NCBI RefSeq assembly: GCF_009914755.1
Contig: NC_060930.1
DNA length: 64,000 bases
Reading direction: 5' to 3' (one strand)
DNA from: the human T2T-CHM13v2.0 reference genome, Homo sapiens
Part shown: positions 13,823-25,910 of the stretch, in pieces
Numbering within the stretch: the first letter of the stretch is position 1
Layout: the number at the start of each line of letters is the position of its first letter
Notes under the pieces: model-generated
The model's input: the letters and a program-made list of their open reading frames with translations, nothing else
Told to the model about the DNA's origin: nothing
The model's database searches: none
Translations under genes and position numbers: made by a program

Positions 13823-14211
13823 TGTGAAAGAAAAATAAATCCTGAGGCCCCCAAATCACTAAGCTAAAGGGAAAAGTCAACCTGGGAACTGCTTAGGACC
13901 AACCTACCTCCCATTCTATTCAAAGTCACCTCTCTGCTCACTGAGATAAATGAATATCAGATTGTCTCCTTCTGAGAGGCCAATCAGAAATTCAAAATAA
14001 TGCAATCATTGGTCTCTTATCTACCTATGACCTGGAAGTCCTTTCCCCACTTTTACTTAGAGTTGTCTTCCCACTTTTACTTAGAGTTGTCAAGTCTTCC
14101 CACTTTTACTTAGAGTTGTCTCACCTTTCCAGACCAAACCAATGTTCAGCTTGCATATGTTGATTGATGTTTCATGTCTCCCTAGAATATACAAAAGTAA
14201 ACTGCGCTCTG
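13823..14211 (+). mobile_element. MER4A-like ERV1 LTR, 3'-truncated
   Basis: tgtgaaagaaaaataaatcctg...ctaagctaaagggaaaagtcaa. Stops before the polyA signal/U5. Confidence 0.85.
14046..14120 (+). repeat. Three copies of the 22-bp unit cccacttttacttagagttgtc
   Basis: Identical copies at 14046-14067, 14070-14091 and 14099-14120. Confidence 0.95.
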
Positions 14212-16493
14212 CCTACAGAGGGCAATCGGGGTGGTTTAACTTAAGAACCCTCACTCAAACAGTTAATTATTAAAAGAATAAAATTCTTGGATTGTTTATA
14301 CATTGTTCTCCTTACATCGATAAGCATCTTTATAACTGTTTTTTTTTTTGAGTTTTCTGTAAGATGAATCATTTTTCCATTTTATTAGGTTTGGATTTCA
14401 GAGATTTATCATGTTCTTTTATACGTGACATATTTCTCTGTTTCATTTTCCTTGATTCTCTGTGTTGGTTTCTGCACATTATGTAAAAGGACCAACTCTT
14501 CCAAATTTGTTAGGCTGTGCTTGTGTAGAAGGTTATCCTCCCTAATCACCCCAGCCAGAGATTCTAAGTGCCTCAAACACTCTTTGCTTGTCCAACCTAA
14601 TGCCTTTGTTCTTGGTGACACCCAAGAAATTAGAGAATGAAAAGTTGTGCTATTACCTTGAGTGTAGTGTGATAGAAGCCAGTATCTTGAAATGCAGCTG
14701 CAGACGTTGGGGTATGGGATGTGCATTCCACTTTCTCCTCTCCTTGCAGAGAAGCTGAGAGGAAGAGTTTGTCTTCTACTTATTCTGCCCTACACTAAGG
14801 AGAGAATCTGAAGCAGATATCTATACTTTTTATCAGACTTCTCATTTTCAACCTGGGGAGATAGCTGCTTAGTGTTTGAAAGTTTATTTGTCACCATTGT
14901 GTTATTTGTGGTCTAGGAGACTCAGGAGTGCAGAGCTCTGACAAATCCCAGAGCCAGGTGACTTAGGAGCCAGTCCTTTGGATGAAGGATGTAAAAGTTG
15001 GGGCACTGCATGCAGGCAGAAACTAATTCCAGAGAAAGTCTGCAGATCTTGAGGTATTTCTGGGACAAGCCAGGGAAAAAAGTGCTGGGAGTGCCCACTC
15101 TCTGGTTCAAGCAATTATAAGTCTTACACCCTCCTAGCCGGAGGATATTCCTCGTCTGGAGTTATCACTGAAGCCAGGAGAAAAGGCACAAGAAGTGTCT
15201 CCTTTCTCCTTCAGGCACATGTAGATTCCTCAGCCTCCCTAAATGAGAAATTGGAGAACTTTATCTCAATAATTTATTTAAGGTGGAAGCCAGAGAAGAG
15301 GATGCAGAGATGTCCTCCCTCCTATTCTTGCTGTATGAGACCTCCAGTCACTCTTCATGGAGAGTTTCTAGAGCTGGAATTATCATTGGAGCAAGCCAGG
15401 GAAGAAGGTGTGAGGAATAGCATCCCTCCCGTTTATGCTCAAAGGGCTTTATTCTTTATTAGCTAGGTAAGCTTCCAAATAGTGCTCATTGGAGGCAAGA
15501 ACAATAGGGAACTAATAGGAAAGCACGTGGTCAAAACTTTTTCAGAAGAAAAGTAGAAGCTAGGCTGATCCCAGGGTCTGCAGCAGCTGGGAGTGCTCAT
15601 ATGGTTCAAAACCCCTTTGTTCTTTGTGATTGAAGGAAATCTTTCAATGTCCTATTCTTGCCTATCCTCAAGCATAATGATTTAAGATCCAAGCCCTTTG
15701 GCAGGGACTTTAAAAGTTGGGTACTACATGTTCCTTCACCCTTCAACAGAAAGGTGGGAGTTGGGGTTTCCTTCTCAATTATGAGGTGCTGTGCTCAGGG
15801 TGGAGTTTCATGTATGAGTGTTTCTTCACTTTTTCTGTTCATTTTGATATGGATATTTTCTCAGGCTTTTTTTGTGTAGGAGTCTTTCAACTGCATTCTG
15901 ACTTTCTCTCTGAGAGAACTGATCCATGTGTAGGTGTTTACTTGATGTGTCTGTGGGAAGAGAAATGGTCAGGAGCCTCCTATTCTGCCGTTTTCTGAAT
16001 TCTCTCTCCTCTTGTCAATTAATTTTGTACTGTGTGTTTTAATTTGTAGAACTGCATGTGAGTTAAATTGCTCTGCATTTCTCACTACATTTTTTTCTAT
16101 TGCTCTTATAAAGTTGACCCTATAGTCACTAGTCACTTCCCTTTTCTAGTACAATTTTTAAATCTCATCATTTAGTTCATAATTCTAAAACTAGTATAAA
16201 AAAATAAAATAAGGCAAAACTCCAACAGAAAGCAATAATACTAGCCACTAACTGGGTTCCTTATATGTGCCAGACACTCTTCAGGATCTGGGGTTGTAGC
16301 ATTAAATCTGATATTATCTGTCCTCAGGCCATGTAAATTCTAAAGAAAGAAAAGAACAAAGTATTTAATAACATCAAAATGATTTTAAATTCATTGCTAT
16401 ATTAGTATATCTGTGTTGCTATTTTCACTTGAATATTTTTATATTGTACTTCCAAACCTGCTATTAGCCATAGATGATGTGGGTTTTGATATA

Positions 16494-17151
16494 TAGGTGA
16501 TTATCATTATTCACAGTACCTATGTTCTTTAAGGTCACTGTGAACAGTGAATTCGCAAATATTGAGTCTGTGACTCTAGGAAAAATATAGGGTTAGGTTT
16601 CTGAAAACTTCTGGTACCATATTTTCATCAGTCAGTTTATAACCTTGTTTCATGTGTTTTTATGTTTAAAGACACCTTATTTAGCATATATTATTGATTC
16701 ATCAACATTAAACTCACGGCCAATGGCACTATAACTTATACCTGAACAAATCTGATCTAACATATGTATTTCCTCTATAAGGTACATCACAGCCTTCTTG
16801 TGCCTAGCAACAGTAGACTATACTTCAGCACTACACTTTGGGATCATTTTAATTAATGAAATCACTAAGAAAAAACCACAAAAATGAAAAAAAAAGGTAT
16901 TAAATACCTCACAAAAGGCACACTTGTTTACAATATGAGAGCTGAAACAAGAAGGCAGAGGCTTGCCTTGTTTAACCTCAGCCAGGAATGTGCCACCCAA
17001 AATTTGAATGTGCCACTCAAAATTTTTGCCACCCTGTGCACATCTGCAAATTAACACAAAACATGGCAAGCATTGATTTGGGGGTTACAAATAAATTTGA
17101 GTTAATAGGCAGATTTGCAAAGACAGAATCAAGAATAATGACAATTGACTC
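16494..17151 (-). mobile_element. MER82 (TcMar-Tigger) non-autonomous element
   Basis: About 650 bp. Contains attgatttgggggttacaaataaattt...gcaaagacagaatcaagaataatga. Internal 20-bp tandem duplication at 16986-17025. Confidence 0.8.
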
Positions 17152-17184
17152 CACTCAGGTTTTATCCAGCCAATTTATTGGACT

Positions 17185-17405
17185 TTTTTTTTTTTTTTTT
17201 GAGACAGGATCTCCTTTTGTCACCCATGCTGGAGTGCAGTGGTACAATCATGGCTAACCACAACCTCAAATTGCTAGACTTAAGCCATCTTACCACCTCA
17301 GCCTCCTGAGAAGCCGGGACTACAGGCACAAACCACCATATGCAGGTGATTTAAAAAAAATTTTTTTTTCTAGAGATCGGGTCTCATTATGTTGCCAAGG
17401 CTGGG
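17185..17405 (-). mobile_element. AluJ, 5'-truncated
   Basis: PolyT, right arm and part of the left arm. Confidence 0.9.
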
Positions 17406-18956
17406 ACATTCTTGTTAATTTATCATCAACATTTTCAATTGATTCTTTTATTTTCTGTGTATCTAATCACATATTATAGAAAGAACAGTGATCTCATCTC
17501 ATCATTCCCATTGACATTTCAAATTAGGTTCCATTCTGTTATCAAAAGTAATATATTTATTCACTATTATTTCAATCTTGTCAATTACATTTTATAACTT
17601 CACTGTGTCTTTTTTATTAGCTTTAAAAAGGCCTACTTGTGTTTCTGTCAGTTTTTGACTTATTTTTCAGAAATATGATCTTAATGTGATCAGCACATTC
17701 TGCTTTTCCTTTTACCCAATGTAGTGTTCTATCAAGGAGATAGACTGCTAGCATTGATGCAATGCTTGTTCAGTTTTGTGCATGACTTGACAAGATTTCT
17801 ATATTTATCATCCATGCTCAAACAGCAATCCTCGAGACTATGACAAATTAAAAGGAAAAAACGAGTGGATTCTAATGTTGTCAGCATCAATGTTTTAAAG
17901 TAAAATATGCCTGTGAGGAACTTACCCATGCAACTGTACTGGGGATGGCTAACTTGATCTGAGATGGCACCACCAAGGTTGCTATCATATTACTAGGATA
18001 ATATTCATTGCTTGTGGCAGGTATTGTTGAAACTGATGGATGTGTTCAAGCCACCCTGTCAGATGCAGGTTCCTTTTCCCCTAATGTCTGCCATTTACAT
18101 TTTCATCATTGTTACCATAAGTCCCTTCCTTGATTGCCTTTGTCCATTACCCTCATGGCCAACCCCAAGGTTTTACTCACAACTAATTAAAGAACTCCAG
18201 AGCTTTTTATCTCACTTTTTATAAGCTAAAAAAAATTCCATTGCACTCCTTTCTTAAATTGGGAATCTTTTCATGGAAAATATTACACTTCTTATGGTAA
18301 GTTTAAAAGAATTGAGAAATAACTTTTTAGTAACTTGGTGTTGAGATTTAAAACCTTGATGATTAGGAATAAGTGATATGCAAAAAAAAAGAAATAATTA
18401 GTATATGTTGTTTAATTTTTTAAGATATAAACATCATTTTATATCTCAGAATTTTGTTGCAACAATTTTAGAAAATGCTATATTTTTACATGAATAAAAA
18501 TCAAGACTGGTAAGAACACTGTGAAAATTCAGGTGATTTACTTAGAATGGCCCTCTAAAATCAGGCTGTCTCATTGTTTGAAAGCCTGAGTTTTTCCTCA
18601 TTGTCTCCATAGGGTGCTTTCTCATACTTCTATTCAGAGATCATTCATGTATAAAGAATACCAAATAACTTCAGAACTCATATTAACTTGCTGATGTGCA
18701 GGTAAAAAAAAATGAATGATAAGCCCTTGGTGCAAATCAAGTGGTTCTGAATTAAATAATATTTGCACCACAGTTATACAAAAAATACATATATAATAGC
18801 TAACGTAAATTATTTAAGCCATATCATGTGTCTAAATGGAGTTAGCAGCGTGAAGTTGGTGAGATGATGTATTTTATGGTTTAAATTATTAATCCAAAAG
18901 AGTATTCAGTGCTCAAGTAATCAATTGGATACTATTACTTATATTTCTTCCAAGAA

Positions 18957-18982
18957 ACACACACACACACACACACACACAC
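18957..18982. repeat. (CA)n microsatellite
   Basis: Direct reading. Confidence 0.95.
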
Positions 18983-19259
18983 CACACTACACACATTGAA
19001 TCATCCAGAATCAGCAGTCTCAAAATATCTTTCTTCTGATATTTTGAAGGGCTGATCCTTTTTCTGCAAAATGACACTGCGATAATCTACTCCCATTTCT
19101 TTTTTCCTGGCTTTCTCTGATTCATGTGAGCTAGAAATGTGCTGCTCTTGCCACCATCATGCAGTTTCCCTGTGGTCTCAGCCCTCATTGGATTGCTGCT
19201 TAGTCAACTCCCTTCTCATTTTTTTTTTTTTTTGCTAACCTCATTCTCATTTAATCAGG

Positions 19260-19692
19260 TGAATATCCCTTCTGTTCTCTACAAAATTGTTCTTTCAACA
19301 ACTTTCTTGCCTTTGAATACAACAATACTATAATTAATGTATTTGCTTCCCACATCTTTGCCAATTTATAACTCTAATTTCTTCTCAAATTCAGGTGCCA
19401 ATTTACCGTTTCCAATCATTCCTCCATTCTTAAAGCTTTACTGATTGACTTTGTTCCTCAAGCCAACAAGTTGTCCACACATTTGAGTTCGATGAGAAAT
19501 ATTTATATTTATATTTATTACTATTTGGAGCTGTACTAGCATTCTTCAGATATTTCAACTCTGTACTTCTGATCCAACTATACTGTAACTTATTTGAGGG
19601 GAAAGACCAGTTTTTCTATTATTTTCTGGTTCTTATAGCATTTATCACAAGTATTATACAAAAGATATTCTGCATGTCTACTGAATGAATGA
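19260..19692 (+). mobile_element. L2 fragment
   Basis: Ends ...tgtctactgaatgaatga (L2 tail). Confidence 0.5.
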
Positions 19693-19991
19693 TGTGTTAA
19701 AATATCCAATGATGTATTTGTAAATATCCCATTTTTTTCAAAGCAGCACTTGAGATGGCACTCGTACTAAGTGGAATCCTAGGTGGGTATTTGGAAATAT
19801 GTGTCTCTTTATACATATGTTGTTATATTTATTTTAACAGTGTATTATAATTATTTTTAGCAATATCCAGCCACTTTTGCATCAGAAATAATTAAGTCAA
19901 GAGGATAAAAAATAATCAATCAATGTCACCATAAGATTAAGACTAAAGATAATTGTGCAACTATTTATAGCTTAAGTTGTGTGGCCTGTTT

Positions 19992-20385
19992 TTTTTGTTT
20001 GTTTTTATTTTACTTTAAGTTCTGGGATACATGTGCAGAACATGAAGGTGTCTTACATAGGTATACATGTGCCATGGTGGTTTGCTGCACCTATCAACCC
20101 GTCATCTAGGTTTTAAGTCCCTGCATGGATTAGGTATTTGTCCTAATGCTCTCCCTCCCCTTGACCCTGCTACCTGACAGGCCCTGGTATGTGATGTTCC
20201 CTTCCCTGTGTCCATGTGTTCTCATTGTTCAACTCCTATTTATGAGTGAGAACATGCGATGTTTGGTTTTCTGATCCTGTGTTAGTTTGCTGAGAATGAT
20301 GGTTTCCAGCTTCGTCCATGTCCCTGCAAAGGACATGAACTCATTCTTTTTTGTGGCTGCATAGTATTCCAGGGTATATGTGTGA
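19992..20385 (-). mobile_element. L1PA7/8-like 3' fragment
   Basis: tactttaagttctgggatacatgtgcagaac... TSD tgtggcctgttt at 19980-19991 and 20386-20397. Confidence 0.92.
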
Positions 20386-21759
20386 TGTGGCCTGTTTCAA
20401 AAGATCTTTTTTCTTCCCTTTAATCTTTCAAAGTTTTTTTCACTAACCGATTTGTTTCACTTAACATTAATTAAGAAATTACTTAAGCTCTCTGACTCTG
20501 GTTTCCTCAACTGTAAGATGTGTTAGGCAATGAGGATAATACATGAGTAAAACAGAGCACTGCCTTCAAGATGTTTATCTACTAAGGAATTCAAGATGAG
20601 GTGGGAATATGCATACTTTTTTTCATCTATAAATTCACTTTCTTGGTATTTATTTTAAGTAAATAATCCCTAATGCATGCAAATATTTTCATTTCATGGT
20701 TGCAAACATATTCACTTAAACTTCTTTTGAATGTTAGAATAGCAATCTTGACTATTCAGAGTAATAATTAAATGTTAACTGAGCAATAAATTGTAGAAGG
20801 AAAGATATTTCTTAGATTTAATGTCTTTTCTTGTATTCATTTTGAAAGACATTAAGCATTTTGATCCAACCCAATGGCTTCAATTTCCAGGCTCATACCA
20901 AAGTAATGCATACAATTTGCTCCAAGCTGCACAAAAGCCCATTTCATCCTCACCAAAGCTGTTAGCCTATGCTTAAGTTTGGAAGTTCGCCCTCTCATCA
21001 TTTCTGTCTCTCATTTGCTTCTTATAATGAATATTATTTTTATGATAATAAAAATCTTACATTTAGAATAACAGGCCTGATGTTAGTAATTAAATTTAAA
21101 AATAAAATTTCCTCTTTATCAGTCATGACCAGGCATGATACAAAACACAATACCATTCCTCATGGTCAGCTACCACTATTGTAGCTGACTCATATTAATG
21201 CCATATGAACACTTAAAACTTTATGTCAGACCAAATTATCTGTTCACAAAATAGCAGAAGCATGACATGTATGTTTCATGTCTACCACCTAAGCAATTTG
21301 CTTGCTGCCACGTTTCACCTTATCTTGTTGGAGTTTAACTCAGTATTATTACTGCACTAATATAAGGCCCTAGGCTTACAGTAATTCAACACAGTGAATA
21401 CTACACATATTTATTAGATAGCCTATATTTTCAAAATTGAAAACTAGAGGCCCTTAGGTATGCTACCTAAGTGTGTGAAAAAGGTACGCTACTTAGTGTG
21501 CAAAAACAATTGTTTGTACGTTATGTGGATAGGATGAGAAAATACAAGGAAACTTTCAGGTTTAGGGTAGGGATAGTTATTCTCAGCAAAGGCTTAGCTG
21601 AGTCTATAGTATACTCTTTGTTAGCCTAAGATAGGTACTCTTCCTATTCCAGGAAGAGTATTCTGAAATTCCACTCAACTTTAATTAACTGTGTCCTGTT
21701 TTAACATCATCGTAATTGAAAGAATATGTTTAGCTATTTGAGGCAAAAAGAAAAGAAAA

Positions 21760-22340
21760 TGAAAAATGAAACAAAAGAATTGATTAAATATTTAAAATTT
21801 GTAAAGCCAAAAAAGAGCAAATTATATAAATGAACAATTAAATCAACAGGAATTTCAAATTTTAAAAAAGTAGAAAATATATTAAAACATATTTTGAAAT
21901 ACTCAAGTTCATTGGCAATCAGAAAAATGCAATTCAAAACAAAAACATAAAATGTGAATCTACAAATGTAAAACATTCAGTGCTAATAAAAGTGCAGAAA
22001 ATCAGGGCCTCTCAATGACTAGAAGGAGCATAAACTAGTAAAATCTTCTGGAGAGTAATTTAGCAATATTCAATAATGGATTTGAAAATATAAAGACTTT
22101 CTGACCTGTAAGTTTTATTTATAATCATGTATAATGAGGAAATAATCATAGATTTGTAAACATATCTACTTAGCTTCAAATATATTTATCATGAGGCTAT
22201 TTGTAGTAATGAAAAATGCCCAAAAATGGTTAAATGGTTTAATCAACAATGTAAATTTGTACAATGCCACATAGGCATTAATTATGTTGTAGGAGATTAC
22301 ATGGTTACATGATAGACTTCAAGATATATTGTGAAATAAA
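21760..22340 (+). mobile_element. L1ME-like fragment
   Basis: ggcaatcagaaaaatgcaattcaaaac and ttctggagagtaatttagcaata. Confidence 0.6.
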
Positions 22341-22344
22341 AAAT

Positions 22345-23662
22345 ACACGTTTTAGAGCTCTGACACTAAACATCTTAAAAGCTGACACTCTTATCCTTAA
22401 AACAAGAAAAAGCTGAGCTGGTGTCAATCAGAGAACTATGGTCACAGGTCATATTGGCAACTTGAAACCTGGAGACTTCGGAATGCTTAGTGAAATACAA
22501 CAGTTGAGAACTGGAGTAGAAGTTAATGGAGCTATAAACTGGCAGGAACACTGAAATGGTAATGTTAATGAATTGGGGGAGGCAAAGTGTGAATTAGCTT
22601 GAGAATGAAAAACTCCTAGGGCTACCATTTTAGGAGACCTCACCACACTTTTGTGGAATTTCCCTCTAGGAATTCTACCAGGTTCTCATAGTTAGGATTT
22701 GAGAAAAATCCCTTGGTTTTGGGAAAATAGCCATTTTGAAATAGGCCTAGACCCTCTGTACAATCAATGCCTACTCTCCAAGGATTTTGCCAGAACTCAA
22801 TTTTGAAACTTCACCTCAGCAGGCACAGAAAGTTTCTCCCAACTGGATCATCCTCAAGCATTCCTGTGTCACCTAAGCCTAAGTGGGGGTGGGGCGGGGA
22901 GTGGGAAACATAGTCATCAGGAGCCAAAGCTTTAAGGAAACAGATTGAGAATATTGTAGCCAGGGAAGGGTTAAAGGAAGTAGGGAATGGTCAAAAGCTA
23001 CATGATTGGATTTGGAAAATTACAGTCCCAACACATCAACCCACTGAAAGACTACAATTTAATCAGATTATAGAACAGCACTCCTCTCCCCTGCCTTACC
23101 ACCACACCAACCGGGCTTCAATATAATAATTGTATTATAGCGGAAGGATTTGCAAGACATAGACTCTTCCTAAGTAGTACTCAGGGGAGCCCAAAATCAA
23201 GAGGAAAGACAAAAACAAGGACTATAGAGGAATTTGAAGCCTGTGATACCTATAACTACATCAAACAATAAACACAGCCCAACTCCTAGCCAGATTAACA
23301 GAAATCCTCACACTACATGCCTATTACCCCATTTCCTATTACCCTAAGCAATGTGGTCAGCTTTCAACAAAAAATTACAAGACATGATAAAGGCAAGATA
23401 AAATACTGTAAAGATAAAATGCAGTTATCAAAACTAGAGTATATAAAACAGATGTTGAAATAACCAGAGAATTTAAAATAATTGATATGCTAATTGATAA
23501 TTGATATGCTTTTTCTGATGGAAAAAGTAGATAATATGAAGAAAAAGATGAATAATTTAAGTACAGAGATGAAGACTCTCAGAATTAAAAGGAAATGCAG
23601 AAATCAAAACACAATAACAGGAATGAATAATGCTCTCAATTGGCTCATCAGTAGACTGGACA
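22345..23662 (+). mobile_element. Old L1M 5' UTR/ORF1 fragment
   Basis: ctttcaacaaaaaattacaagacatg...ggctcatcagtagactggaca is typical of L1M ORF1. Confidence 0.65.
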
Positions 23663-24276
23663 TGTAACTGAGAATTTTAGCTTTGAAATGTATTTTAAAA
23701 TGCATTTTTCTCCTTTCTCTTTAGTCTTAAGATGCAACTTTGAAACAAACTTGCTTTGTTTCAAACAAAAACCTTGTTTTCCCTTATCCTTACAATATAG
23801 CCTTAAAACATATTTTGAAACTCTGTCCCTTTCCCACCAAACACCTCTCTGCACCGTGCACACTCATCTAACTGCGGCTTGTTAAGAAATTCCAGGTTAA
23901 GTTTAAACACACCTGGTGTAGAAACCCAGCTAGTTCTCCTTCACCTAGAATTTACCTCAGTACGGATAATCTACAGCCTGGCTGCAATTGACATAGCACC
24001 AGCCAGCACTCCAGGTGGACAATAACTCAAAATGACTATCAGAGCAAGACACACAGACCTGCACCCTGCCTCACTCCTACGTATTTCCTATACCAAGGTT
24101 CCCCTTTTTAAATCCCTGCCTTCAGCTCAAAACTGGAAATGGTTTATTTGAGGAGTGAGCCTGGCCATCTCTCACCTGCTAGAATTTGATTAATAAAGCT
24201 GATTTCTTTTCACCACATCTCATGTATTGTGTTTTGGCTTCCAAGCAGCAAGCAGCGTGACTTGCATTCGGTTACA
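23663..24276 (+). mobile_element. ERV1-class solo LTR (LTR23/LTR24/MER67-like; subfamily uncertain)
   Basis: Inverted termini tgtaactga...tcggttaca, a TATA-like tttttaaa and aataaa near the 3' end. Confidence 0.7.
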
Positions 24277-24324
24277 CTATGGCCTCTTGCACTTGGTTTG
24301 AGTTTCTGCGAAAAAGAAATAAGG

Positions 24325-24668
<344 letters not shown>

Positions 24669-24924
24669 TCATTTTATAAAAATATACACGTGCATAGGTA
24701 TTTTAGGGGCTCATATTACTAAATGCAGCATGAGCTGGAATAGAGGCTTCCAGTCATGGAGTGATAATCCAGTTATGGCTAAGAATTAGAAACATGACAA
24801 ATACTTGGAGACTGCATACCTTAATATAAGTGCAAAAGCTATTTCAAATGACTCAGTTTGTCACAAGTGGGAACATGTGGCACGTGGAACAGTAGGGGAA
24901 TAGCAGGTTTGCTGTGGAACTTCA

Positions 24925-25178
24925 ACAGTAAGAGCATCAGCTCTAGAGTCAGCCTGTCAGGAATCTAAACTTGGCTTTGCCACGTAATGGCTATAAAATC
25001 TTGAGCTGCACTGTGCTTCAGTTTCCTCACCTGTCAAATGAGAGAGCTAATAGTACCTGTGGTATATGGTACCATATATTATACCATATATGGTACCAAT
25101 ATTAAAAAGATATTCATGAAAATAACCCATAACAAGCATACATCATAATGCTTCACACATAAGTGATCAATAAATAAT
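24925..25178 (+). mobile_element. MIR with rearranged 3' part
   Basis: Core tgtgcttcagtttcctcacctgtcaaatg...taatagtacct. Tail cacataagtgatcaataaata. Confidence 0.7.
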
Positions 25179-25290
25179 CATTCCTCATTTCCATCATTTA
25201 TTGAGTACTTATGTGTGAAGTATTATGATCATTTACTGTGTACTTATGTGTGAAGCATTATGATATATGCTTGTTATGGGTTATTTTCAT
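25116..25290. repeat. Long inverted repeat (49-bp arms, 48/49) containing a 35-bp tandem duplication
   Basis: 25116-25164 is the reverse complement of 25242-25290 with one mismatch. 25193-25227 and 25228-25262 are tandem copies (32/35). Confidence 0.95.
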
Positions 25291-25639
25291 TTACAGAGAC
25301 TGTACCTGACAAAATACATAAGTGCATATGTAAGTGCTAGCCCTTTTAGGGCATCATAAAATAGCTGAAGGATACTTAAAAAATGAGACTGAGCTCCTGC
25401 TTTCTTGTAATCAAGGACTGAGAAGCCAGTAGATATCTGAGTTACCTTTAAAAAAAGTCAGCAGGGGAAATTCATTAAACACAAATAACTCAAGGTTGAA
25501 CAATTCAAGAAACTGGCCCAAATTTTTAGTACCAAAGTATTGTGAAATTCTAATGCTTTCACTTTTTCTTTCCTATAATGTTTATTCTTCAAAATACAAT
25601 GGAGGAAGAATGAGGATTTGCTCTGAATCTGGATGATAT

Positions 25640-25910
25640 AAGAAGACAGAGCACCAGGATAAAAGTCAGGAAATATGGATGCCAGTCTCCATTCCAAGGT
25701 CCTCCTGGGGGTAAGTCATTTTACATCTCTGAGCCTCAGTTACTTTAGCTTAAAAATAAAAATATTCTGATACTTATTATTCTATAATGGAAAGCGTTAT
25801 GCTATGAACATCTCTGGTCTGGCTGTCAGGAGTAGATCTGAATCCTAGCTTTATACTTTCAGGCTATGTGATCTTGAGGTCACTTCACATTTTGGTCATT
25901 TCTTTCCATA
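25640..25910 (+). mobile_element. Two MIR fragments
   Basis: gtaagtcattttacatctctgagcctcagttt and ctgaatcctagct...tgtgatcttgag. Confidence 0.6.

Larger units (their letters stand above)
11923..16010 (-). mobile_element. Originally full-length L1MA7-9-like LINE with a large internal deletion
   Basis: 3' UTR at ~11925 and ORF2 remnant to 13822. ORF1/5' UTR-like sequence ~14280-16010, whose reverse complement starts ...gaaaacggcagaatagg (L1 5'-end motif). Degenerate TSD cttgtctattgattc (11908-11922) / cttgtcaattaattt (16011-16025). Confidence 0.75.

Noticed and set aside
14046-14120. CRISPR-like direct repeats
   Set aside because: Spacers are only 2 and 7 bp, the context is a primate LTR, and there are no cas genes.
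21456-21506. Small tandem duplications (also at 3057, 13405, 23478 and 27330)
   Set aside because: Ordinary slippage products with no further structure.
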